From Gekko japonicus (Eukaryota), in contig NW_015161963.1 in assembly GCF_001447785.1 (NCBI RefSeq), positions 781,600 through 845,599 on the forward strand: a stretch of DNA of 64,000 bases, written 5' to 3'. The position numbers and the translations under genes were made by a program. The notes below the pieces were generated by a model. That model saw only the letters and a list, made by a program, of their open reading frames with translations. It did no database searches and was not told the origin of the DNA. Below, piece after piece: positions 13,339 to 25,200 of the stretch. How positions within the stretch are numbered: the first letter of the stretch is position 1; each line of letters begins with the position of its first letter.

Positions 13339-14921
13339 AGGGAAGCCACCCACAAGTACGAGAGGCTGCCATTGGGGAGAGGTCAGTTGCTGCCTATTGA
13401 TCATGAACTTGCTCTGGTGTCTGCGCGAGAACATTGATGCTCAGCAAAATTCCCACTGAAACACTCAGTCAGAGAGAACCTGGGGAAAAAAACACTGAAG
13501 CATCTCACGACTCCTCTGTTCTAGTTTCCTCAATAGCAACAAAAAGTGAATTACTAAGACATGATTACTATGACATACCAAAGAGACAAAAGTTACGTTA
13601 TAATAACTTGATAGCGGTTCCCAGTGTAGTTCTTGTGGGTACCATGGTGCCCATCAATGTGTTTCCTGGTGCCTACTTCCTACTTCCCTAAAGCCAAGTG
13701 TCAGTCCTGGCTTCTCTCTGCCTCATTGCAGCAGGAGGTACTTCAGAAGACCCTCAGGAGGCATCACCTGAACACCTGAAGCTGCCTGATGCTGAATCAG
13801 ATCCTTGATCCATCAAAGTCAGTATTGTCTACTCAGACTGGCACCAGCTCTCCAGGGTCTCAGGCAAAGGTGTTTCACATCACCTACTGCCAGATCTTTT
13901 AAGTGGAGATACTGGGGATTGAACCTGAGACCTTCTGCATGCCAAGCAGATGCTCTACCACTAAGCCATCGTGCAGAAACATTCTCCATTATAGGAGGAT
14001 GTTAAGCTTGCAAACTCCCAAACATTTTGTGATTAGCCTCCTATGGCAGTCATTTTGTGGTGGCACCCGCTCAAAATTCCCAAAGTGCCTATATGCTCCA
14101 GAAGTTTGGAAACCCTATCTATGGTGACAAACTGACCCATTTAGCCTGGTACTACTGTTAAAGTTCCTTTAAAAGTCCTTGAAAAGGAAAGGCCAGCTTA
14201 ATTTCAGCCTTATTTTAGGAACCTCAACTTTGTGACAAGGGTCTTCTGGCAAGCTTATCTAAAATTTCAAGGCAGGAGGGGGAAGAGAGAAAGACCCCTT
14301 GAATGTTTGTCATGCAGTGCATCTAACTTCAGGTCCAGCTAGAAGTTCTTTATGCAGAACACCTAAATGTTTTGTAAACTGCAGTCATGTGGGGGCCTAA
14401 TTCAGATCAGGACTATGCCGCTGGTGGAAGGAAATTTAACCCTCTCCCCTACATTGTTTTCCTAACCTGAAACTGGCCCCCAGAATTGCTGTTTGCTCCA
14501 GTGCAGTAAAACAAACAAACAAACAAACAAACAAAAAACTGGCAATAGACCTATATCTTTGCACCAACAGAGTCACAAACTCTGCAGAGGCACTTCAAGT
14601 TGTTTCCAGTTGACCCTCGTAAAGTGGGGCATCGTGTGTCTGCCCTCTCCAGTCTGTAGTGCTATGGAGCTACATTAACTGTGTCTTTTGGTGGCTTTGC
14701 CTGCAAAAACACAAGAGGGATAGTGTTAGGGTTTGAATGCTTCTTTATTTCTAGCATGTTATTCATCCAGCCAGGAAAGAATTCAGAAAGGGGAAGCAAA
14801 TTATGCCAGTCCTGTGTAATTTAGAGAGGGGCAAATACCAGAAACTCATAATCTCCTTCCCCAGAGCTAGTTTCCAGGTGGGTGAGAAGCTGAAAAATGG
14901 GAGTCTCAAGTCAGTAGAAGC

Positions 14922-15196
14922 TAGGGTTGCCAAATCGACTTACCTCTGCCGGCGGGGGACTTTGTGCTGGCTCCCGGCAGCATGCACGTCACAGGGAAGT
15001 GACGTCATGACGCCGGGGACGCTGGGTGCGGGGCACAGCCATTTGAGGGGAAAACTCAAAAACATAGTTTTCCCCTCAAATGGCTGTGACGTGCACGCGG
15101 GGGTGGGTTTTCCCCCGGGGGCCGATTCTGCGGGGGCGGAAATCGGTCCTCCAAAGCGGGGGGAAATCCGCCCCCCGGGGGGATTTGGCAGCCCTA
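14922..15196. mobile_element. hAT-type MITE, CpG-rich
   Basis: TIRs TAGGGTTGCCAAATC / GATTTGGCAGCCCTA; perfect 8-bp TSD GTAGAAGC. Confidence 0.85.
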
Positions 15197-15414
15197 GTAG
15201 AAGCAGGTAAAGGACTGAACTGATGGCAAGAAATGGGAGAGGACAGCAAGGTTGATGGGTGGGAAGAGGGGCTGGACCCTCATACCTGTAAAACAGCAAT
15301 CTCCCATCTTTAATCCCCAGAAAAAAGCGTGAGACCCAGTGAGTTACAAATGCACAACAGGCAGTAACATGACACCTGAGTCACATGATGGGAAGAGGAG
15401 GGGCAATTAACACA

Positions 15415-15922
15415 CGGAATTCACTCCTGCAGGAAGTGGTAGCGACTACAAGCATAGCTTCAAGAAGGGAGTGGATAAAAATGTAGAGCAGAGGTCTATC
15501 AGTGGCTATTTGCTCCTTCTAAGCTGTGGAGTCTTGTGAGCATAAATTCAACTTTGTGAGCTACTGGCACTAAAGTTGTGACCGAGCGATTTGGCTACTG
15601 CATAAATTAATTTGCTCTGGAGCCATCCTTCCTGAGCTAAGACAAAAATGTGTGAGCCAGAGGCTAAAAAACTGTGAGCTAGCTCACACTAACTCAGCTT
15701 AGAGGGAACACTGGACACATGGTATAGATGGAACACGATGTCTGGGGGCAGTGATGCTCTGTATTCTTGGTGCTTGGGGAGCAACAGTGGGAGGGCTTCT
15801 GGAGTTCTGGCTCCATTGTTGGACCTCCTGATGGTACTTGGGTTTTGAACACTGTATGACACAGGGTGTTGGACTGGATGGGCCATTGGCGTGATCCAAC
15901 ATGGCTTCTCTTATGTTCTTAT
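15415..15922 (+). mobile_element. CR1-like LINE 3' end
   Basis: Ends ggactggatgggccattggcgtgatccaacatggcttctcttatgttcttatg; related copies at ~23130-23364 (+) and 31071-31310 (-). Confidence 0.7.
15510..15712. mobile_element. ~200-bp hAT MITE inserted into a CR1 3' end
   Basis: Same family; interrupts the CR1 remnant 15415-15922. Confidence 0.75.
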
Positions 15923-16251
15923 GTGCTAAAAAGGAACCTTATCCATACTTGAGTAACTTCTCTTTGTCTTGCTACTTGTTTTGTGCGCATGGGCAGAGGG
16001 TGTGATTCTCTTGCTCTCCAAGCACCTAGCAGCAGGTCCTCCCCCCTCCCCCCAAAAAGGCGGCTTATGACACAACAGGTGCAGTCCTGGGACCCACTGA
16101 AGGGTCCTGACCAATTGGTTGAAGACCTCTGGGCTAAGTTAAAACATGCTTCCAAAATGTACAAACCTCCTGATCCATACAGGATAGCTGTTCCTAATGC
16201 GCGTCCCCAACCCTACACCTGTATTTTCATGTGGACACCAGCAAAAGCCAG

Positions 16252-19200
16252 CTAGCCAGGGGAAAAGACCACCAGAAGCCCAGTGGTAAATGCACACGTG
16301 GCTCTCGGTGCAGAAGGCTGTATGCAAGAAGGAGAAGAGGACTATTCGAACACCCTGCCATTCTCTGAACTGGGACACAATGTAGAAATGGTGGATCGAT
16401 GGGGATGGGGGAGTGGACTGTAGTATGCTGGCAAAATAACTATTACGAGTTTACAGTGCAAGATCTTGTGGGAGACAGAGGATTTTGAAAATGCAGACAC
16501 CTCACTTAAAAAATTGGCACCCAACAGTGTTCAGTTGTTACCTCCTCATACTTCTCGCTCCGATAGAACTCTGCTTTTGTATCAAGGTACAGGAGAACCA
16601 GGTCGCAAACAACAGAGGCCTAGGCAGGTACAAACAAATGTTTAGTTTCTGTGGACTGTTAAATGCAGCATAAACCAACATTTGCAATGATGATTTGATT
16701 CCACTAAAGAATTTTTGAAATGTAACTTTTCGAGGAGACAACAAATATACCTCAGTTGGTACATGAGTCAAGGTACGTGATGGCTGTGCTTGGAACTCTG
16801 AAAGTGCTATATGCATTCTCAGCTGCGATGATCAGGCAGCCATAAATGCAGCCTGACCTGTGGCAAGGAAATGTGGATCATCTTGCTTAGTCTCGCTAGT
16901 CAGGGTCAGTGTGAGTTTTTAAGAACTCCCCTGGCTATAGATTTTCATCCCTCCCCTCCCCTAGTGGTGTGCTGAGCAGCTGAAGTAGATCAAATGAGCA
17001 AGAGGTAAGATGGGTATTTTCTCGATTTCATTGTAATGGGGTGGATCCTACAACACTGATCCACTAATAGTTGCTACAAAGCAGAATTTTAGTATCTAGC
17101 TCAATTTGTGAAGCTTCTTTTTCTCTCCTTCACCACTGTGTCCACGTCCCAGGCTCTTGCTCATGGGAAAGTCACTTGCTAGGAGCAGTTCAGTAGCCTC
17201 TTCCGGATAAGGAATACTGGGGCATGGGTGGGTCAGTGATGGCCCAAATGGGTGGGCTTTTATACTACAGGCTGAAGACTGGTGGGAAACGGTAGAGCCA
17301 TTTTTTGAATGACGGCCAGTCAACACTTCATGAGAGCTATGGTGAAAAAGATTGGGTGAGAACGCCACCACATGAGCCTGAAAGAGAAGGTTTGAGCCAC
17401 CAGATTAAACCCGGGTTTACTGTTTGCAATGCAGAATTTATGACCCGGGGCAGGCAAATGAATCTGAGGAGGACAAAATAAATGCAGAAAACAACAGATA
17501 AAACAGAGGCTGGTTTCGCACTAGAGCTGCCTTGATGTTGCGCCGCCGTTTGCCCCGATACTATTGGTCAATTTCACACCCGAAGCCACAGGGCTGCATT
17601 TGACCCGTGACTTCGCCCGATTTCCTCCGCAGTTTCGTGATCCTCAAAAAACAGGATCACGAAACTGCGGGGGAAATCGGGCGAAGCTGCGAGTCAAAAT
17701 GCAGCCCCGCAGCTTCAGGTGTGAAATTGACCAATAGTATTGGGGCAAACGGCGGCGCAACATAGAGGCAGCTCTAGTGCGAAATCAGCCAGAGATAATA
17801 GCAAGGTAAATGGCTGCAAGTCGAACACAGAGAAAACCCGGGATGAGGTCCAAGTGCAGGAAGGACCTATGTGTTTCATCCAAAAGTGCAGGCAGCATCT
17901 CTTGCTCTCCCTGAGACATTTGCAGAGCCAAGGGGGGCCACCCCTGGAATTTTGGCATACCAGGAAGCTGGGTGAGCTACACTTGTCCTAGATTGACCAA
18001 GATGTTTTTTTAGGGGGGGGGCATACTTACAGCACCAAGAAAGGCAGCCCCTGTTCCCAAGTTGACAGCCGTGGGCACAATGCTGAATTTTCCAGCCTGA
18101 GGAAGAGAAGAGGAAAGGGAATACAAGGAAAAAAGAAGAGGGATAGAGAAAGAATCACAAGATAAATTGATGTGGGTTTTTTGCCTGATCACAGTGAGCT
18201 GATCTATTGCGAATGCCTTTTTACCCCAACTTTAGAGCCAAAAATTGGCTCTCAAGGCAGCTTACGTGAATTTAGAACTGATACCAATATTTTAGTTCCC
18301 TTGCTTTGTATGCTAAAAGCCATGCAAAGAGGTGGAGGAAGACAGGATGTAGGCCTAATTAATGGATGCTAGGCATCCAACAGAGATTGAGAAAAAAGAA
18401 AAAGACGAGGGTAGGATGCTTAGCGAGTTGGAGGGGAAACGAGACTGTTGGAAACTGCCTCCAACAGATGTGCATGAAAAGAAGTGTCCTGGGAGAAATT
18501 AACATTCAAATCAACCATGCAGACTCATTCTGACTTCCCCCAGCAGGACTCCTGTGGGGACAATTCAGGCACGTACCTGTCCATGGACAGAAATGTCAAA
18601 GCGGATACCATAGAGCTTCAGCAGGCTCCTGTAGTGCTGATTCAGTGGGTCCTGATAATAGAAGGCTGTTCTAAAAAGAAGCAATGCCGATGAAGTATGT
18701 ATCTGCATAACACGTGGAGATGAATTACACGTGTGAGGGTTTCATACTGCACATATCCCTATTAGGCCCTGTGAAGGAATGAACATGCAAACTCTTCCTG
18801 TTCCTTCAAGTTCCCCTCCCGGGGGGGAGTTCAGAAAACCCTATGGTTGTCCCAAGACTCTGTGTGGCTACCCCACCTCTTTTTCTTGCTTCCTGGAGTA
18901 CCAAAACCAAACTGGATAACAATTACTGCCACCAGTGATTCTGCTAAACAAAGTTGCATGTCTAGAACTTAGGACCTGCATTGCTGTTTGTAGGTTCTGC
19001 TTAGCTTCCATGCCTGCCTGCTTCATTCTTACAATCTACTACAGGAGTGATCTGCTGCAACTTCACAGTTTCAAGTTGTTGTGTTCCTGGGATGGCAGCA
19101 GGTAATGCTGCCCCTCCCCATTACCACTCTTCAGATAGCAAGACCAAATAGGTATGGGGGTGTTTCCAGAGCTCAGACTTACAGCCTTCAAAATATAGAA

Positions 19201-22200
19201 GTTTAATAAATGAATAAAAATAATACATGTATCCTGTTTTAGCATTCAGGGTGAGCAAGGGTACAAAGAAAAGGTGAACACACACAGCCCCCTTTCCCTN
19301 NNNNNNNNNACGAGAGAATAGTATTAGCTAAAGTTGCAGTAGTTTAAAGTCACCTTAGTTCTTATTGCTGGGACATTCGCTCATTGTCCCTTGCCACATA
19401 GACGAATACCAAGGTGAAAGTTTAGTAATTCATGGCTGTTGCCTCCCTGGTCAGAAGCTGGGAGATAAGAGAGTTCCTTCTCTGTGGCCAGAGAACTTAT
19501 AATCTTCTGGGAGAGTCCCGCCCCCTCCGCCCGCCCCCGTTATTCAGCCCTTCCTGTTTCAAGAGGAAAGGTTTCCTTTGTAGCCATTTGGTTTGTGCAG
19601 TCTCTATCCCTTTAGGGTGTGATACTATAGCAGGGTGTGCAAGAGTAAACCATTGTCTTCCTTCAGCCAGAACTATTAACATATGTAAACATCTTAAAGT
19701 ACATCTGTTAAACAACCTTTATTATGCTTATGCTAATTTTCTGCTCACCCTCGACCTAGATGTATGAACTGGTAACTTGTATTTCAGTGTATCTGAAGAA
19801 GTGTGTGTGCACACGAAAGCCTTATACGTTAAATAAAACCTTGTTGGTCTTAAAGGTGCCACTAGACTTGAATTCTATCCTAAAGTACTGTGAGCTTGGA
19901 GCTTAGTGGATCATTCCCTAGGCCCCTCCTTTCTGCCAGCTCTGAGCTGGCAGCTGGCTTTTAAAACCTTGTTGCATACAGTCACAGCGGTTGAAATATC
20001 GGGGTGAATTCTTGGGCAGAGGGCATTTCTCCACACTCAGAACCCTTTCTCTGCTTCCCCTGCTGTCTCATCTATGGCTCATGCTCCCAAAGGTAACCAT
20101 CCCATGAAATGAACTGGCAGATTGGCAGATTGTGGGCACCCCTAAGGGCAGCAAATGAAGAGGCGGATAGACCTCATTCTCTAGTCCCACTGAAATGTGC
20201 AGGAGAAGTGCCAGAGCACTGCTTCGGAGCGGCTTTTGCAGGAGAATCGCCCTGTGAGGCAGGTTAGGCAGGTTATCACCACAGCCCAGAAGATTATTGG
20301 CTGCCCTCTCCCGTTCCTGGAGGAATTGTATAGTTCTCGATGCTTGAAAAAAGCAAAGAACATTCTGCAGGATTTGTCACACCCTGAACACTCCCTGTTT
20401 GAACTGCTGCCTTCGGGTAGAAGATATAGGACAATTAAAACAAGGACAAACAGATTAAAAAATAGTTTTTATTCGAGAGCTATTATTGCTTTAAATGCTG
20501 TATGAAATTGGAATTTGGGTGACATTGGTGTTTTAAGTTGCTATGTGAACCTTAAGGGAGTTATGGGATGGTTGTGAATGGTTGTGTGAGTGTATATGAG
20601 TATGGTTGTAGATCACCGAATGATTGCACCTTTAATTTCGTTGTACTATGTACAATGACAATAAAGTATATTATTATTATTATTATAAAAAAAAATTATT
20701 ATTATTATGAGAGTGACTGGCCCAAGGTTACCTGCTGAATTTCAGGGGGGGGGGCTCCTGATTCATCACATCACACGTTCAGCTGTCAGATCCTAATCCA
20801 GCACTCTGACTCCTATACCCCACCTTCAGCCACTCACAGTTATGGCCCTCTTTCTGTCTATCTCTTCCAAAACTCTCAAACTTGCTGTTTGTCCACACAG
20901 CTGTCAGGGATGAGGTGGGGTGTCACCTTATTAAAGTCCTTTAAGGATACATCTTCCAGGAGATCATCTCCTAAAAACTGGCTTCCACTGGGGGGAGGGG
21001 GGGGAGTCCACAGCCATTGAAAAATCTTCACATTATTTTCTTACGTTCTTTGGTTGCATCATCTGCCTGGTCAGGTAGACTCTTAGAGACAAGCCTGTTC
21101 CCAGGCTGTGGCAGAGCTGGTTCACCACCCAGAGTGCCTAAGCAGTCGCTTGGACATCAAATTACGGGAGTGGTTGCCTCTCAGATCAGCTCCATGGTGA
21201 GCTGCAAAGACCATTTGCAATCTGCCTTGGAGCAGCATGGCTGAAGGCATGCAGTCCCTTCTCACTAGCGCTGCTGATGTCTCACTTCAACAAGCTATGG
21301 AGACCCTTCACAGCCCACCTTGGAGCTAGCAGGGGTACTTGGAAGGAGATGCCTCCCCACCTCTGTTACTGGTTGTCTGGCAGCCAAGCAACAGGACATC
21401 TGTATACCAGGGGGCACCTTCTTCTGTGCTGTGCTCCCAGCAAAAAGATTGGAGCTTGGGCAGCCGTCACGCAACACTGTCTTCTGGGCTCAAGCGCTGG
21501 CCCTGAAAACTGGTGCTGGAGCTGAGCCCCAGCACAAATTGCGCCTTGGTCCCTAAAATCTTCCAGGGATCCCGATTGGTGAGTCATACCCCCACCACAC
21601 ACACAAAAGAACCCAGCTACTTTTATCTGCATAAATGTCTCTCCCACCTGAAATTATATTTCTTATCCAGCAGGCTGAAGGAATAGCGAGGTCTGCATTC
21701 TGAGGGAGGCTGATCCAAGTCACAGTTCCAGTCAATGCGCAGGCCAATGGCTCCCCCCTGTGGAGGAGCAAGAACACTGACTACAAATTCCAATTCATAG
21801 TCCCCAAAGGTCAAATTGTATTGCTGTTTTGTTACCGTTTTTATTTTTATTGAAAACATTTTCACACCCACCCACCCACCGCAGTCTTGCTCCCAAAGTG
21901 TGGGAAAACCTCAATGTGAGAAGACCCTGTCATCTCAGCAGCACGGGCAGGCTGGAACATCCTGGGAACCCCTGAAACCACATGGGACAAATTGGCAATA
22001 TAGGAAGGCTGATTAGTTGACTGTGGGAGGAGTGTTTTTAGGCAGTCAGTGAAGGCAGGCAGTGATGTGTCTCAGACTCCTGTCTGTCGTTCAAGCAAGT
22101 AGTAGGAACTCCACCTCTCAATGTCTGTGCCTAATCCTAGCAGGGATGTGTTGACAGTTCTTGGGAGCCCGAGCCCCAAAGAATTGTCTCCCCAATGCAC

Positions 22201-25200
22201 ATGCCTCAGGAAGTCCTGTAACCAGGTGCTTTTGGACAAGTTGCAGGAGAATGGCTTAATATGTGACTATGTACATCTCTCTCTCACACACACAAACGGG
22301 AATAATCTTTCTCACAGAGGTCATTTCGGGGGGAATCGCGGGGATCGCAGTTCCCCTAGGTGAGGTAGGGGGGCGGGGCACATGACGAAGCCCCGCCCCC
22401 TGCTTCCGGCCGCCCCGCTTCCGGCCCTCATTCAGCCAGGAGGAGGCAGGAGAAGAGGGAGGGTAAGTTGCTTCCTCCCTGCCTCTCCCCACCCCTGCCT
22501 GCCTGGGGCCAGGGAGGGCCTTCGCGGGGCTTCCTCGCACTCCCGCTGGCCTTGCAGGTCCACCGCCGGGCCCCCCATAGGGCTCGGCAGTGGAGCTGCA
22601 AGGCTGGCGGCGGCGGCCGGGACCGTTGAGGGCGGGGTGTGTGGCCTTATGACACACTTCCAGTGATGTCAGGGGGTGTGGCCTTATGACACACTTCTGG
22701 TGATGTCAGGGGGTGTGGCATATGCTAATGAGTTATGCTAATGTTCCCCTAGCTCTTTTTCTACAAAACGACCCCTGCTTTCTCATATAATTAATATAAG
22801 CTGAAGAATATATTTGAATTGATTGGGGAAAATATTATCACATAACAACATATGCCTTGATTTTTTTAAAAAAAAAATCAGATCACTACATCAGGAAAAA
22901 GGAAACATTTCTCAGATAAAAATCCAAGGTGCTTCCTCCCGAGAACTGGTGGATACGTAAAGATGGTCTAGTTCTTCAGAGAGGTTACCTCATGTAAAAA
23001 CTCTGGATAAGCTCCTTTGGCGGTCAGAGGTCCTCAGGTATAAACTCCTTCACACAGGCTGTGGGCTGCTCAACTATCACTTCTATTTAAACATTTAACC
23101 TCCTCAGTCCCACCCCTTAGGCAAATAAGAAGGTTCATGGAGACAGGCTTAGTGGCTACTAGCCCTGACGACTAAAGGGAATCTCCACATTGAAGCGATA
23201 AACCTCTGAATACCAGTGCCAGGAGGTGATATCAGGGGAAGGCCTCAGCCTCTACGCCCTGTTGTTGGACCTCCAGAGAAACTGGCTGGCCACTGTGTGA
23301 GACAGGATGTTGGACTAGATGGACCACTGGTCTGATCCAGGAGGGCTCTTCTTATGTTCTTATGAGCAGGCAGACCTTTGACAAGACTGTGCAATTTACC
23401 ACATTTTCAACCCCGTAATGAACCTACCAAAAGGGCCAGATCCGCGAAACTCTCTCCAGCGGCTTTGATCATGTCACGAATACGGAAGACTGGGCAATAA
23501 GGGCTAAAGTGAGCATCATATCTGCATCCTTTGAAGTAGGAGTCATCGACAGTCTTTAAAGTGTTGGTCCTACAAGAGATCCAGAAAAGAACTGATGTCT
23601 TTGGGAAACTTGTTTCAGTCACTTACTGCTTGGTAAGGAGAAGAGACTTAGACAGTTTCTTGTTTTCACATCAGGGACCTGAAATTCCCAAGCACAGACA
23701 AGAGCATCTTTTTCACAAGATGTCAAAGCAGCTCTTTTCTCTTGTATATTATTCAGGGCTTGGGCTATCAGGATATGGATTTTGTATTCCTGTTATCACT
23801 GCTTCCTTTTTTAGGACTAATCCCAACCATTTCAGACAGGCCTGTGCAAGAATTTAGAGTGGCCACCCGCCCACTCTGAAGCTCTTAATGATACCCAAAT
23901 CCCCTGCCTGAAAATAGTCACTTCACATTGCACCTCCCAGCTGTGCCACCGCACGATTTCTGACCATTCTAATGACGACTGTCGTGTAGAAGAACTTTCA
24001 AGTGGATCATGCCTCATGTTAATTAGTGGGAGGTACCATTTGGTTTTTCCACTCCAACCACAGAAATGTCTTGGCAAAACCAAACAGGAGTCTTGTGGCA
24101 CCAAGATTTTACCAAAAAAAAAAAATTAGCTAAAGTTTTATGGTAGAGTTCACTTTGTCAGGATCCTGAGCTGGCAGACATATATTGTTGCAGTTTTGGC
24201 TGTAAAGTCACAACCTATGGTGACCTCATAGGGCTTTCAAGGCAAGAGATGTTCAGAAGTGGTTTGCCATGGCTTGGCTTTGTGTAGTGACCCTGGATTT
24301 CCTGGCAGTCTCCCATTCAAGTACTAACCAGAACTGATACTGCTTAGCTTTTGAGATCTGATCAAATCAGGCCAGCCTGGGCTATTCAGGTCAAGGCAGG
24401 CAGGCAGGCAGGCAGGCAGGCACATACATACATACATACATACATACATGGTTGCTAATTGCAAGTTCCATAGGTCATGAAATGCAAGGATAAGTTACGA
24501 TATTATCCGGTAAAGAATAGTAACCATACTTTAGCAATGCACAATGATAACAGACATCAAAAACCATTTCCTGAATAATTCTGCTAGACTGATTAAGATT
24601 TGTACTGGAATGCCTGGTCTTTGCTCAAGCCTCAAGCAATGTGATACATTTCTTGATTAATTCTGATTCTGCAGTTTTGTGCTGAAGTTTCCTCTTGAAG
24701 CACTTCTATTGTCCTGTTCATTTGCTGCCTTGTAGGTCAGCAACAGTTTTGTGGGAGATTGCAATGTTGTCCTATTGGTTTCTGAGTATTACCATGATTA
24801 TGTTAGATTTGTGTCCATATATTCTTGTGTGTAGAAACTGACTTCTTTGTCCTATGTAGGGAGGCGAAAGGCACTGTTTACAGATGATGGCATACCTTTT
24901 GCCTTGGAGGATGGGTGGTGCTCAAAGAAACCATACTGGAGGAGGGAGTTAAATCCTCTTCCCCCCTCCTCCAGGTGGCCCTGATCCAAATTGAGACACA
25001 CACACACCCCATATGGCTTCGATCAGCATTTTTAGAAATCTGGGAGGATTCAGTCACTGATCTCTCCTGTACTATGTCCCAGATTTTCCAGAGCTTTTTA
25101 TCTCCAGCCTCAGACTGTTAAAGGATCTCAATTCTTACCTGGAGAAATTGAACTTAGTAAAGTTGACACTGTTTTTGATAAAGAGAGTAAAATTCTCTGC

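Noticed and set aside
22256-22666. GC-rich ORFs or a putative internal promoter in a P2RX6 intron
   Set aside because: Contained in a hAT MITE with a perfect 8-bp TSD.
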